This document shows positions 34,804 to 43,018 of a stretch of 50,887 nt of DNA, one piece after another. The notes under the pieces are model-generated. The model saw only the letters and a list, made by a program, of their open reading frames with translations. It ran no database searches and was not told the DNA's origin. Made by a program: the position numbers and the translations under genes. Origin of the DNA: Polyangiales bacterium (GTDB lineage: Bacteria; Myxococcota_A; Polyangia; Polyangiales; JADJMO01); contig JBKJQC010001264.1 in NCBI GenBank assembly GCA_046593995.1, forward strand, positions 1-50,887, read 5' to 3'. How positions within the stretch are numbered: position 1 is the first letter of the stretch; each line of letters opens with the position of its first letter.

Positions 34804-35424
34804 GTGTCGAACCGAACGCCGACCACGGTCGAGGAATTGCGCGAAAAGCTCGCCGCGGCCGACGTGACCGAGGAGATGCGAGAGGTCGTCGAGCGACTGT
34901 TCCGCGCCGTGCATCACGCGATGAACCTGCGCGGCGTAAAGATGTACCGACTTGAGGAAGAGGGTAGCGAGTCAGGCAAGGGTCGAGGTCACCTCACGCG
35001 CGTCTTCGCTGGCGAGCGAGCCGATCTTGAAGTGATGACGCTCAAGAGGTACGCGCGAGCGTGCGGTGTGCGCGAGGCTTGGCTTGTCAGCGGCGATGGC
35101 CTGATGCTCGATGCGCCGACCCGCACCGTCGAACTGAACGCGCGCTACCCGCACCTTGCCGCAGCGGTTCGCGTCGCTGAGCTTGAAGGGGTCGACCCAA
35201 GTGTCCTCGAGACCGTTCAGCGCGACGCCCTCAAGTCGTCCGACGATCCCTTGCCGTCGGTGTGGATCAAGCGGATCGACGGCGAGGCCAACTACCAGCG
35301 TCGGCGCGCGATGGAGGATCCCGACGTCGATGCCGCGAAGGTCGAGCGCGATCGACTCCGAGCACTGGACGAAGAAAAGACGAGCAAACCGAACCTGACG
35401 AAGAAACCGAAGGGGAAGAAGTGA
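34804..35424 (+). CDS. CI-like repressor (XRE HTH, no S24 peptidase domain)
   Basis: GTG 34804 is the first start where G/C3 becomes coding-like. HTH MTLKRYARACGVREAWLVSG, basic C-terminus. The upstream 177 aa of the track ORF are antisense shadow. Confidence 0.75.
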   Translation: MSNRTPTTVEELREKLAAADVTEEMREVVERLFRAVHHAMNLRGVKMYRLEEEGSESGKGRGHLTRVFAGERADLEVMTLKRYARACGVREAWLVSGDGLMLDAPTRTVELNARYPHLAAAVRVAELEGVDPSVLETVQRDALKSSDDPLPSVWIKRIDGEANYQRRRAMEDPDVDAAKVERDRLRALDEEKTSKPNLTKKPKGKK

Positions 35425-36014
35425 TGCGCGCGATCGTCCTGGTCGCGGTCGTGGCGATCGGATGTACGAAGCCGAAGCGCTCCGACGACCTCGCGGCGCC
35501 AACCGAACCAGTTGCGACTGTCGACCCGAACATGGGGAAGCATGCCGCATGGCTGAAAGCGTCGATCGCGAATCCTGAGACGCCGGAAGCTGGGCTCACG
35601 TCGAAGGACAAGTCGAGCGATCACTACGAGTTCAGCCTAAAGCACGACGGGTGCGCCGTACGACTGACGTACGACACCGCCAAGTGGGCATCGTATCGGG
35701 TGGCGGCGGAATACGAGGAACGTTGCCGACCCGAGGTGATGGTCGGTCTCCTTGTGCAAGAGGGCGAACCGATCACGTACCCGATGCCAAAAATCTTCCA
35801 CGTGAAGTGGTACCGGGTGACCGCTGGGCCGATGGCTGGTCACGTCGTTGGGGTCGACTACGATCGGTTCAAGAAGCCAACGGCGTGGCGGATGATGTCC
35901 GAGGCTTGGGTATGCCGCGAGAAGCACGGCAACGAGCACCTGACCGCGCGCGTGCAGCACGTGATGTCGAAGAAGCCGTGCAACGACTACAAGGGCAACG
36001 ACGCTTCCAAGTAG
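35424..36014 (+). CDS. lipoprotein (superinfection-exclusion candidate)
   Basis: ATG 35424 overlaps the repressor stop (TGATG). Signal peptide and lipobox MRAIVLVAVVAIGC. 196 aa. Confidence 0.8.
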   Translation: MRAIVLVAVVAIGCTKPKRSDDLAAPTEPVATVDPNMGKHAAWLKASIANPETPEAGLTSKDKSSDHYEFSLKHDGCAVRLTYDTAKWASYRVAAEYEERCRPEVMVGLLVQEGEPITYPMPKIFHVKWYRVTAGPMAGHVVGVDYDRFKKPTAWRMMSEAWVCREKHGNEHLTARVQHVMSKKPCNDYKGNDASK

Positions 36015-36087
36015 CCCTCGGACATTCTCGCGCCCGTCCCGAACCTGTCCACAGGACAGCCGGCGCGCGAGGGCGTCTCCTTGGTGG

Positions 36088-36687
36088 ATGGACGCATGGG
36101 ACCACGAAGGCAACGCGCGCTCGATCTACGCGGAAGCCGACGCTGACCCGCTAGATCCACCCGGGCCGCACGGCCTTGCGCGGATGCTCGGCATCATCCT
36201 TCGCTTCGACTGCTCGCGGATGATCGGAGGCGCACAACTATGCGTCGTTGCCGGCCGTGACACCATCTTCGTTCGCCCCGGTGCGGGACCGATCATCGAG
36301 GGCGCGCGCATCTACCACGAGATCGCGGAGCGTCATCTGCGCGGCTCGCAGGACGAGCACCTAGAGCGCGCGTGCGACGAGCTTGCCTACCACCTCCGCA
36401 TGCCGCGTCCGGCGTTTCAATCGCTGTTGTCGATCGTCGGTGAGGATCTCGCCGAGCTCGCGGCACCGTGGCCCGCATCGCAGACGGGCGCGGCCCTGAG
36501 GCTACTCGAGGTCACCGGCACGCCCGGCGTAGTGGTCACGCCCGGTGACGTGCGCGCGCGCGGCGAGTGGGTATGGCCGCCGGCAGACGAGGTGCGCCGG
36601 CTCGCGCGGGCCAAGCGGCTCCCCGACGGGGTGACGCGGATCCGCATCACCGACCGGCCCGGATCTGCCGTCCTGCTCGCCGCCTGA
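36088..36687 (+). CDS. ImmA/IrrE-like (DUF955-type) protein with non-canonical metal motif
   Basis: Its architecture parallels ImmA: LARMLGI..., TIFVRPG, ARIYHEIAERHL in place of HExxH, then ERACDELAYHLRMPRPAF and LAELAAPWPASQTGAALRLLE. Confidence 0.6.
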   Translation: MDAWDHEGNARSIYAEADADPLDPPGPHGLARMLGIILRFDCSRMIGGAQLCVVAGRDTIFVRPGAGPIIEGARIYHEIAERHLRGSQDEHLERACDELAYHLRMPRPAFQSLLSIVGEDLAELAAPWPASQTGAALRLLEVTGTPGVVVTPGDVRARGEWVWPPADEVRRLARAKRLPDGVTRIRITDRPGSAVLLAA

Positions 36688-36697
36688 AGAAACAAGT

Positions 36698-36733
36698 CTG
36701 TCGCTTGACAGATTCTGACAGGTGACATAGGTT
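36698..36733 (+). promoter_or_regulatory. rightward early promoter (-35 TTGACA 36705-36710, -10 TAGGTT 36728-36733) with palindrome CTGTC-GCTT-GACAG
   Basis: 17-nt spacer. 18 of 23 nt are identical to the leftward promoter core. Precedes the 36778-45687 operon. Confidence 0.5.
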
Positions 36734-36777
36734 CTCTCTCACCCGAGGCGCCCACCGCCCCGGCCGACGAGGACCCG

Positions 36778-37002
36778 ATGCCGACCCCTTATCTCATCGC
36801 CTACCGCACGCCCCGTGGCTGCGTGCTCTGCGTGTCGTGCTTCGACGCGCAGGAGTTGACCCACGGCGCCGAGCTGACCGAAGCGGACGACGACGCTCAC
36901 GCGGACTGCGACGTGTGCGGCCGTCCGATCTGCGACGAGTCGAGCAACGAGGACGCGGACGACGCGGTGTACGCGAGCGCGCATCGCCCGGAGGCCGCGT
37001 GA
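36778..37002 (+). CDS. small acidic Cys-rich protein
   Basis: 74 aa with GAGGA upstream. Contains CVLCVSC...CDVCGRPIC. Confidence 0.6.
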   Translation: MPTPYLIAYRTPRGCVLCVSCFDAQELTHGAELTEADDDAHADCDVCGRPICDESSNEDADDAVYASAHRPEAA

Positions 37003-37490
37003 TGGGCAAGCGTCGCGCTGAGCATGTCGCGCTGGGACACATCGTCCAGCGATGCACGAATCCGCGTCATCCTGACTGGCCGAACTACGGCGGTCGAGGA
37101 ATCGTCGTTGCCGACGAATGGCGCGGGCGTGGAGGCTTCGATCGCTTCCTCGCGCACGTCGGGCCGAAGCCGACGGCCGGTCACTCCATCGATCGCATCG
37201 ACAATGACCGCGGGTACGAGCCCGGCAACGTGCGCTGGGCGACGCGTTCGGAGCAGAACCAGAACACGCGCAGCAACGTGTTCGTCACCTTCAACGGTGA
37301 GACGCACACCCTCAGCGTGTGGGCCAAACGCTACGGGATGCCGCAGAACCGACTCCGCGAACGTCTGCTGATCGGCTGGACGTTCGAGCGTGCCGTCTCC
37401 GAACCGGTGGTTCCGATCGCCGAACGCGTCCGTCGCGCTGAAGAAGGCCGTCGCGCCCGGCGTGCGCATGGGCCGACGGTGTCCCCGTGA
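37002..37490 (+). CDS. HNH endonuclease-like protein
   Basis: ATG 37002 (TGATG overlap). Contains NYGGRGIVVADEW...GHSIDRIDNDRGYEPGNVRWATRSEQNQN. Confidence 0.8.
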   Translation: MGKRRAEHVALGHIVQRCTNPRHPDWPNYGGRGIVVADEWRGRGGFDRFLAHVGPKPTAGHSIDRIDNDRGYEPGNVRWATRSEQNQNTRSNVFVTFNGETHTLSVWAKRYGMPQNRLRERLLIGWTFERAVSEPVVPIAERVRRAEEGRRARRAHGPTVSP

Positions 37491-37723
37491 GCGCGTCCAC
37501 CCACCGCGAACGCGAACGTCAGCGAGCGCGCGACGAGATCGACACGCCCGACCTGACCACGTGCCCGAAGTGCGAGGCCGAGGACCGGCGCGAGACACGC
37601 CGCGGCGTCGCCACGTGCGACGAGTGCGGCCACAACTGGACCCCGGGCGACGACGACGACAACGGCCCACCCTCGGGCCACTCGTGCGGCTGCACGACCT
37701 ACCGGTGCGGGTGTGGCCCGTGA
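37487..37723 (+). CDS. zinc-ribbon protein
   Basis: GTG in a GTGA overlap. 78 aa with CPKC...CDEC and a Cys-rich tail. Confidence 0.6.
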   Translation: MSASTHRERERQRARDEIDTPDLTTCPKCEAEDRRETRRGVATCDECGHNWTPGDDDDNGPPSGHSCGCTTYRCGCGP

Positions 37724-38145
37724 GCGCGCGAGTGGCTCTCCACCACCTGCACAGCCTCCTCGCCGACCTCGCGCCGGACGCGATCCAGACCGTCGCCCAG
37801 CCCGAAGCGAACCTTCGCGCGCTCGTCCTGCTCTACCTCCGCGCGTCGGACGCGTTCGCCAGCGGCCCAAGACTCGCCGTCGACGAGGCTGCGTGGCAGG
37901 CCGGCTTCGCGATGATGGCCGCCGCGAAGCGCGCGCTCTGCCACTACTGCGTGGACCACGGTGCGCCCGCCGGCGTCGAGCCGCGCGTCGTCGAGGCCGT
38001 CAACGACATCGCGGCGACCTGGGTCGCGGTCGAGGTCCGTGATCGGATGTCGATGCCGGACGTGCGCCGCGACGCGATCGAGTCGTCGCTCTTCGGGCCG
38101 CTGGTGCGCGGGATCGACGTGCTCACGTCCTGGGTGCGCGCGTGA
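37720..38145 (+). CDS. hypothetical protein
   Basis: GTG 37720 is in a GTGA overlap. 141 aa: VSARVALHHLHSLLADLAPD... The upstream part of the track ORF is shadow. Confidence 0.65.
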   Translation: MSARVALHHLHSLLADLAPDAIQTVAQPEANLRALVLLYLRASDAFASGPRLAVDEAAWQAGFAMMAAAKRALCHYCVDHGAPAGVEPRVVEAVNDIAATWVAVEVRDRMSMPDVRRDAIESSLFGPLVRGIDVLTSWVRA

Positions 38146-38261
38146 TCCGCCTCGTCATCGGGACCTACTCCCGCGGGACGTGGCGCGTGCGCGTGAACGG
38201 CGTCATCGGCGAGGGTCGATCGATCGCTCAGGCGATGGAATCAGCGGAGGCAGGCCAGTGA
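38142..38261 (+). CDS. micro-ORF (39 aa)
   Basis: GTGA overlaps at both ends. Reads VIRLVIGTYSRGTWRVRVNGVIGEGRSIAQAMESAEAGQ. Confidence 0.4.
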   Translation: MIRLVIGTYSRGTWRVRVNGVIGEGRSIAQAMESAEAGQ

Positions 38262-39361
38262 GCCGGCTCGATCGCGCGATCGCCGCGCTTCCCAGCGACA
38301 TGGACCCGTTCGAGCACGCCCGCGCGCGCGCGATGCTGAACGCGTACGTCGGCTTCTGGGACGCCGAGGACTGCGAAGTCCTCGCGGTCGAACGCGAGTT
38401 CTTCGCCGACCTGACGCGCCCCGACGGCACGGTCGACCCCGACTGGCTCCTCGGCGGCAAGATCGATCTCGCGCTCCGCTGGCGTGGGCGTGTTCGCCTG
38501 TTCGACCACAAGACCTCGAGCGAGGACGTGAGCCCCGGCTCGACGTTCCGCGGTCGTCTGACGCTCAATTCACAGGCGTCGCAGTACATGATCGGCGGTC
38601 GCGCCATCGGCATCGACGCGGAGGACTTCGTGTTCGACGTCCTCGGGAAGCCCGGGATCGATCCGGCGAAGGCAACGCCGGCAGAGAAGCGCCAGTACGT
38701 GATCCGCGAGGGGCAGACGGCGGCTGCGAAAGCCATCGTCGCGGCCCTCCACCCCGACTCGAAGTGGGGCGACCTCCCGCAGCTGGACAAGGCGACGCTC
38801 GCGATCGCGAACCCGACGGTGTTCCGGCTCCATGCCGACCACCGCGAGCGCGACGAGTACCCGGCGGAGTTCTTCGCGCGGTGTTGCGAGAAGATCGCCG
38901 AGAACCTCGATCGCTACATCGCGCAGATCGACATCACGCGCACGGAGGACGAGCTCGCGGAGTACATGCGGACGCTGTACGTCGACTCGACGCTCATCGA
39001 CACGGTGCGCGAGTTCGGCCTCGTGTCTCGCAACGAGGGGTCGTGTTTCCAGTTCGGCGGCCGCCCCTGCGACTACCACCCGGTCTGCTCGGCGACGGCG
39101 AGCATCGACGACGCGACGAAGTACGTCCGTCGCGGCGCGCACGAGGAGCTCGTGCACGCGCCTCCGCCCGGCAAGCGCCTGCTGACCGTGTCGCGCCGCG
39201 CCTCGTTCAACAGCTGCCGGCAGCGACACGACTACCGCTACGAGCGCGGCATCGCGGCGGTCGAGCGCGCCGACGTCCTCGCGTTTGGCACCGCGGTGCA
39301 CACGGCCGTCGAAGCGTACTGGCTCGCGCGTACGCCGGAGAGCGTGCGCCGGGCCGCCTGA
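38258..39361 (+). CDS. PD-(D/E)XK Cas4/RecB-like exonuclease
   Basis: 367 aa from VSRLDRAIAAL. Contains GGKIDLAL...LFDHKTS, plus an N-terminal Cys and a C-terminal CFQFGGRPCDYHPVC (4-Cys cluster pattern). Confidence 0.8.
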   Translation: MSRLDRAIAALPSDMDPFEHARARAMLNAYVGFWDAEDCEVLAVEREFFADLTRPDGTVDPDWLLGGKIDLALRWRGRVRLFDHKTSSEDVSPGSTFRGRLTLNSQASQYMIGGRAIGIDAEDFVFDVLGKPGIDPAKATPAEKRQYVIREGQTAAAKAIVAALHPDSKWGDLPQLDKATLAIANPTVFRLHADHRERDEYPAEFFARCCEKIAENLDRYIAQIDITRTEDELAEYMRTLYVDSTLIDTVREFGLVSRNEGSCFQFGGRPCDYHPVCSATASIDDATKYVRRGAHEELVHAPPPGKRLLTVSRRASFNSCRQRHDYRYERGIAAVERADVLAFGTAVHTAVEAYWLARTPESVRRAA

Positions 39362-39404
39362 TTTGGAGTGAGTGAGTCCGAACGTCGAACAGAAGGAGAT
39401 CGCA

Positions 39405-40400
39405 ATGGCAGCAGTGGCAGTGGCAGGAAACGGAGTCGTCCGCGCGGGCAGCGTGCTCGGACACGTGAAGGTCGGACGCGTCGAGAAGTCCCCGCGCGTG
39501 CTCCTCTACTCGAGGGAGAAGATCGGCAAGACCGGTTTTGCGGCCGGCTCGCCGTCGCCGATCTTCCTCTGCTCGGAGCTCGGCACTGAGGAGTACGACG
39601 TCGCGCGCATCGCGATCACCGACTGGACGCAGTGCACGACGGTCGTCGACGCGCTGACGACTGAGCCCCACGGATACAAGACGCTCGTAATCGACACGCT
39701 CGATCACCTCGAAGCGGTGCTGCATCGCTACATCCTCGCGAACGACCCGAAGGGCGCGTCGTCGATGGTGACCGCGGCGGGCGGCTACGGAAAGGCGTTC
39801 AAGATCGCGACCGAGGCGATGCGCAAGCTCGCGTCGAAGCTCGACATCATCACCGAGAGACGCGGGATGAACGTGGTGCTGCTCGCGCACGCGCACATCA
39901 AGAAGTTCAACGACCCGCAGTCGGACGGCTGGGACCAGTACCGCCTGAAGATGCACGAGGAGGTCGCCGGCTTCTGGCGCGAGTGGGTCGACGCGGTCCT
40001 CTTCGCAAACCTCGATATCGCGGTGAAGGAAGACCCGAACGACCGTACCCGCGCGACCGGCACCGGCGATCGCTACATCTACACCACACCCCCGCGCGAC
40101 GCCGCGTTCGAGGCCGGCAACCGCTTCGCGCTGCCTCCGAAGATCAAGCTGCGCTGGTCCGCGTTCGAGGAAGCGCTTCGCGCGAGCAACGCGCTCCGTG
40201 TCGAGCTCGGACAGCTCGTCCCCAAGCTCCCCTCGGACAAGCGCGCAGCAGCGCAGCAGAAAGCCATCGAAGCGAAGGACTTCGATGCGCTGAAAGACAT
40301 CGTCGAGAAGGCACGCGCGCACGTCGCGACGCCGAGCACCACCACCACCACCGCACCCACCACCGTCACCAGCAACGAGCAGAAAGAGCAGAGCAAATGA
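39405..40400 (+). CDS. Sak4-like AAA_24 ATPase (recombinase family)
   Basis: ATG 39405 with GAAGGAGAT upstream. Contains LLYSREKIGKTGF and VIDTLDHLE, with a Thr-rich tail. Confidence 0.8.
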   Translation: MAAVAVAGNGVVRAGSVLGHVKVGRVEKSPRVLLYSREKIGKTGFAAGSPSPIFLCSELGTEEYDVARIAITDWTQCTTVVDALTTEPHGYKTLVIDTLDHLEAVLHRYILANDPKGASSMVTAAGGYGKAFKIATEAMRKLASKLDIITERRGMNVVLLAHAHIKKFNDPQSDGWDQYRLKMHEEVAGFWREWVDAVLFANLDIAVKEDPNDRTRATGTGDRYIYTTPPRDAAFEAGNRFALPPKIKLRWSAFEEALRASNALRVELGQLVPKLPSDKRAAAQQKAIEAKDFDALKDIVEKARAHVATPSTTTTTAPTTVTSNEQKEQSK

Positions 40401-40879
40401 GCGCACTTCCCATCGGCAAGTACATGGCCGTCGCCCTCCCCGAGAGCGCGACCGAGGGCGAGACTCCGAACACCGGCACCCCCTTCATCGAGATCAACTT
40501 CCGGGTGACCTCGGAGGATCACCACGACGAGGAGATGAAGAAGACCTTCTGGCTCACCGAGAAGGCGTCCGAGTACGTGGTCGCCGAACTCCGTGCGTGC
40601 GGGTGCACCTTCCCCGGCGGGGACATCACGAACCTCGAGGGGCTCGGCACGCGCGAGGTCGAGCTCGTCGTGCAGCGGCAGAAGCCGAAGCCCGGCGAGA
40701 TGGAGTCGCGGTTCACCGAGATCCGCTTCATCAACGATCCGAACGCGCCTCGTGGTGCGAAGCCGATCGCCGACGACAAGAAGCAGGCGCTCCGCGAGAA
40801 GCTGCGCGCGGCGGTGATGGAAGCAAAGGCGAAGGCCGGTGAGCCGATCGGTACCGGCTCCGACGACATTCCGTTCTGA
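40397..40879 (+). CDS. SSB-like protein (DUF669-type) with C-terminal DDIPF tip
   Basis: ATGA overlap with the Sak4-like stop. 160 aa ending ...GTGSDDIPF. Confidence 0.8.
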   Translation: MSALPIGKYMAVALPESATEGETPNTGTPFIEINFRVTSEDHHDEEMKKTFWLTEKASEYVVAELRACGCTFPGGDITNLEGLGTREVELVVQRQKPKPGEMESRFTEIRFINDPNAPRGAKPIADDKKQALREKLRAAVMEAKAKAGEPIGTGSDDIPF

Positions 40880-41009
40880 CCTACCCATCTCGGGAGCCCG
40901 AGCCTCGCGCTCGGGCCTTCGAGTCGATCCATCACGCGCGAGCGGGTCCCTCCGCTGCCGTGTGGTGGGTCGAGTCGAGGGCAACGTGACGACGAGGAGG
41001 AACACGACG

Positions 41010-41633
41010 ATGAGCGAGAAGGTGAATCATCCGCGGCACTACACGTCGCACCCGTCCGGGGTCGAGGCCATCGACATCGTCGAGCCCCTCACGTTCAACG
41101 TCGGGAACGCGATCAAGTACGTGTTCCGCGCCGGCCTGAAGGGCGACGTCGCGGAGGACCTGCGCAAGGCGCTCTGGTACTTGCGTCGCGAGCTGAAGCG
41201 GCTCGGTGCGCTCGGAGCGTTCGGGGCGCCCTGCTCGCGAGCGGCGACGACGGCTGCGGCGCGTCTCCTCGCGCACGGTGACGACGGTGTGCTCGGCGAT
41301 GTCGTGCGGACGCTCGTTGTCAGCGACTACATCACCGTGACGCAAATCATGCGCGCCGTGCACATCGTCGAAGCCGCGATCGAGCGCGCCCTCAGCGAGA
41401 CCACGTCCACCGCGAGAGTCGCGATCGAGCAGGGCGACGCCGACGAGATCGCCGCGCAGCGTCGCGCGCACGGGTCGCTCGAGTCGCAGCCGGGCGTCGG
41501 CACGGGGCAGGTGATCCCGCGCCCGCGCGCTTCGTCGTGTCCGGCGTGCTTCAACCTGCCCGCACTGCCGGGTGAGACGGCGCCGTGTCGCGTGTGCGGT
41601 GGCGTGAACGACCGACGGGCGGTGGGCGCGTGA
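41010..41633 (+). CDS. DUF3310-family protein
   Basis: ATG 41010 with GAGGAGG upstream. Contains HPRHYTSHPSGVEAIDIVEPLTFNVGNAIKYVFRAGLKGDVAEDLRKALWYL. Confidence 0.8.
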   Translation: MSEKVNHPRHYTSHPSGVEAIDIVEPLTFNVGNAIKYVFRAGLKGDVAEDLRKALWYLRRELKRLGALGAFGAPCSRAATTAAARLLAHGDDGVLGDVVRTLVVSDYITVTQIMRAVHIVEAAIERALSETTSTARVAIEQGDADEIAAQRRAHGSLESQPGVGTGQVIPRPRASSCPACFNLPALPGETAPCRVCGGVNDRRAVGA

Positions 41634-41728
41634 TCGCGACGCGGCTGCGTGACGCGAAGGGTGGTGACTGGTCGGAATGGCCCGAGGACCTCCGCGTGCG
41701 CGAGTGGCCCGAGGTGCGTCATGCCTGA
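41630..41728 (+). CDS. micro-ORF (32 aa), tentative
   Basis: GTGA overlap at the start, G/C-ending codons, overlaps the next ATG by 8 nt. Confidence 0.3.
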   Translation: MIATRLRDAKGGDWSEWPEDLRVREWPEVRHA

Positions 41729-42065
41729 ACGCGTCGCCATCGTCGGTTCGCGTGGCTGGCAGAACGTCGCCGCGATCCGCTCGTTCGTCGCATCGCTCCC
41801 CGATGCGACCGTGGTGATCAGCGGCGGAGCCCTCGGCGTCGACTCGATCGCCGAGCAGGCTGCGCGGTCGCGCGGGCTCGCGGTCATCGTGCACTTCCCC
41901 GACTATGCGCGATTCGGAGGCAAGGCGCCGCTCGAACGAAACAAGCTGATCGTCGCCGACGCGGATCGCGTGGTGGCGTTCTGGGACGGCCGATCGACAG
42001 GGACGGCACACGCCATTGGACTCGCTACGAAGGCCGGCAAGCCGGTGGAGGTGCGTCATGCGTGA
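41721..42065 (+). CDS. SLOG/DUF2493-family protein
   Basis: ATG 41721 with GAGGTG upstream. Contains VAIVGSRGW...VVISGGALGVDSIAEQAA. Confidence 0.75.
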   Translation: MPERVAIVGSRGWQNVAAIRSFVASLPDATVVISGGALGVDSIAEQAARSRGLAVIVHFPDYARFGGKAPLERNKLIVADADRVVAFWDGRSTGTAHAIGLATKAGKPVEVRHA

Positions 42066-42186
42066 TCGACACGATGGGAACCGCCGCTCGCAGTGGTGGC
42101 GCGGTCCGCTCGCGACGCTGTCGCTCTGGTGCGCGGCGGTAGTGATCAGGCTGCCGACGTACAAGCGCGAGGAGGCGAAGCGATGA
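42058..42186 (+). CDS. small membrane protein (42 aa)
   Basis: ATG 42058 with GGAGGTG upstream, and an ATGA overlap with the next start. Reads MRDRHDGNRRSQWWRGPLATLSLWCAAVVIRLPTYKREEAKR. Confidence 0.45.
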   Translation: MRDRHDGNRRSQWWRGPLATLSLWCAAVVIRLPTYKREEAKR

Positions 42187-42380
42187 AGGCGAAGCGCGTC
42201 ACAGGCTCGACGCACGCCGACCGCGAGCGGCGCGCGAACCGCGCTGTTCACGAGTGGATGCAGAACTACTGCGTGACTTCGCTAGGCAGGGACGAGATCG
42301 AAGCTCTTCGGCTCGTCATCTCTTGCGAGATCCGCCTCGCCATCGAGGCGGACCGCCGCGCACGAAAGGCCCGAGTCTGA
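42183..42380 (+). CDS. hypothetical protein
   Basis: ATG 42183 with GAGGAGG upstream. 65 aa. Confidence 0.6.
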   Translation: MKAKRVTGSTHADRERRANRAVHEWMQNYCVTSLGRDEIEALRLVISCEIRLAIEADRRARKARV

Positions 42381-42733
42381 TGGCCGACATGACCGACCGC
42401 GAACGCGCGTTGATCGACGGCGTTGCGCAGGACGAACGCAACGAGGCGCGGCGCACGTCCACCATCGCACGAGACGATCTGCGCGAGCTGGCGCAGGAGT
42501 CGGCCGAAAGTATTGCCGCTCGGTTCATCGAGCCCGGCATGCGTGTCGTTGTCGCCGTGACGACCGAGGACGGCGCGTGGATCGGCGTGGGCACGAACAC
42601 CAGCCGCAAGGATACGGAGACTGTCCTCACCGCGGCGCTCCACGGCGGGGACCGTCAGTACCGGCGTGAGAGCTGCCCCATCGCTCATCATGCCACCGAC
42701 TGCGATTGCGGTGGCGCAGGTGGCTCGCGATGA
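42380..42733 (+). CDS. hypothetical protein
   Basis: ATG 42380 (TGATG overlap). 117 aa: MADMTDRERALIDGVAQDERNE... Confidence 0.65.
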   Translation: MADMTDRERALIDGVAQDERNEARRTSTIARDDLRELAQESAESIAARFIEPGMRVVVAVTTEDGAWIGVGTNTSRKDTETVLTAALHGGDRQYRRESCPIAHHATDCDCGGAGGSR

Positions 42734-42784
42734 CGTCGAGTGTTGTGTGAGGCGTGAAACGACACGAAAGCAACGGAGGACACG

Positions 42785-43018
42785 ATGGTTCGAGCGAAGA
42801 TGCGGTGTCAGAGCGTGGTGGTGAATGGCGAGAACGAGCAGGTCTCGCTGCATCCGGTCTACGACGAACAGAACAAGTCGTGGTCGAAGTGGACGCCGGC
42901 GGGAAGCGTCAGCCTGACGATCAACAACCCCGACGCGCAGGGGAAGTTCAAGGCCGACGAGATCTACTACGTCGACTTCACCGTCGCGCCTGCGACCGAA
43001 GCGGCGGAGAGCAAGTGA
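42785..43018 (+). CDS. hypothetical phage protein
   Basis: 77 aa with GGAGG upstream and non-shadow composition. Confidence 0.75.
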   Translation: MVRAKMRCQSVVVNGENEQVSLHPVYDEQNKSWSKWTPAGSVSLTINNPDAQGKFKADEIYYVDFTVAPATEAAESK

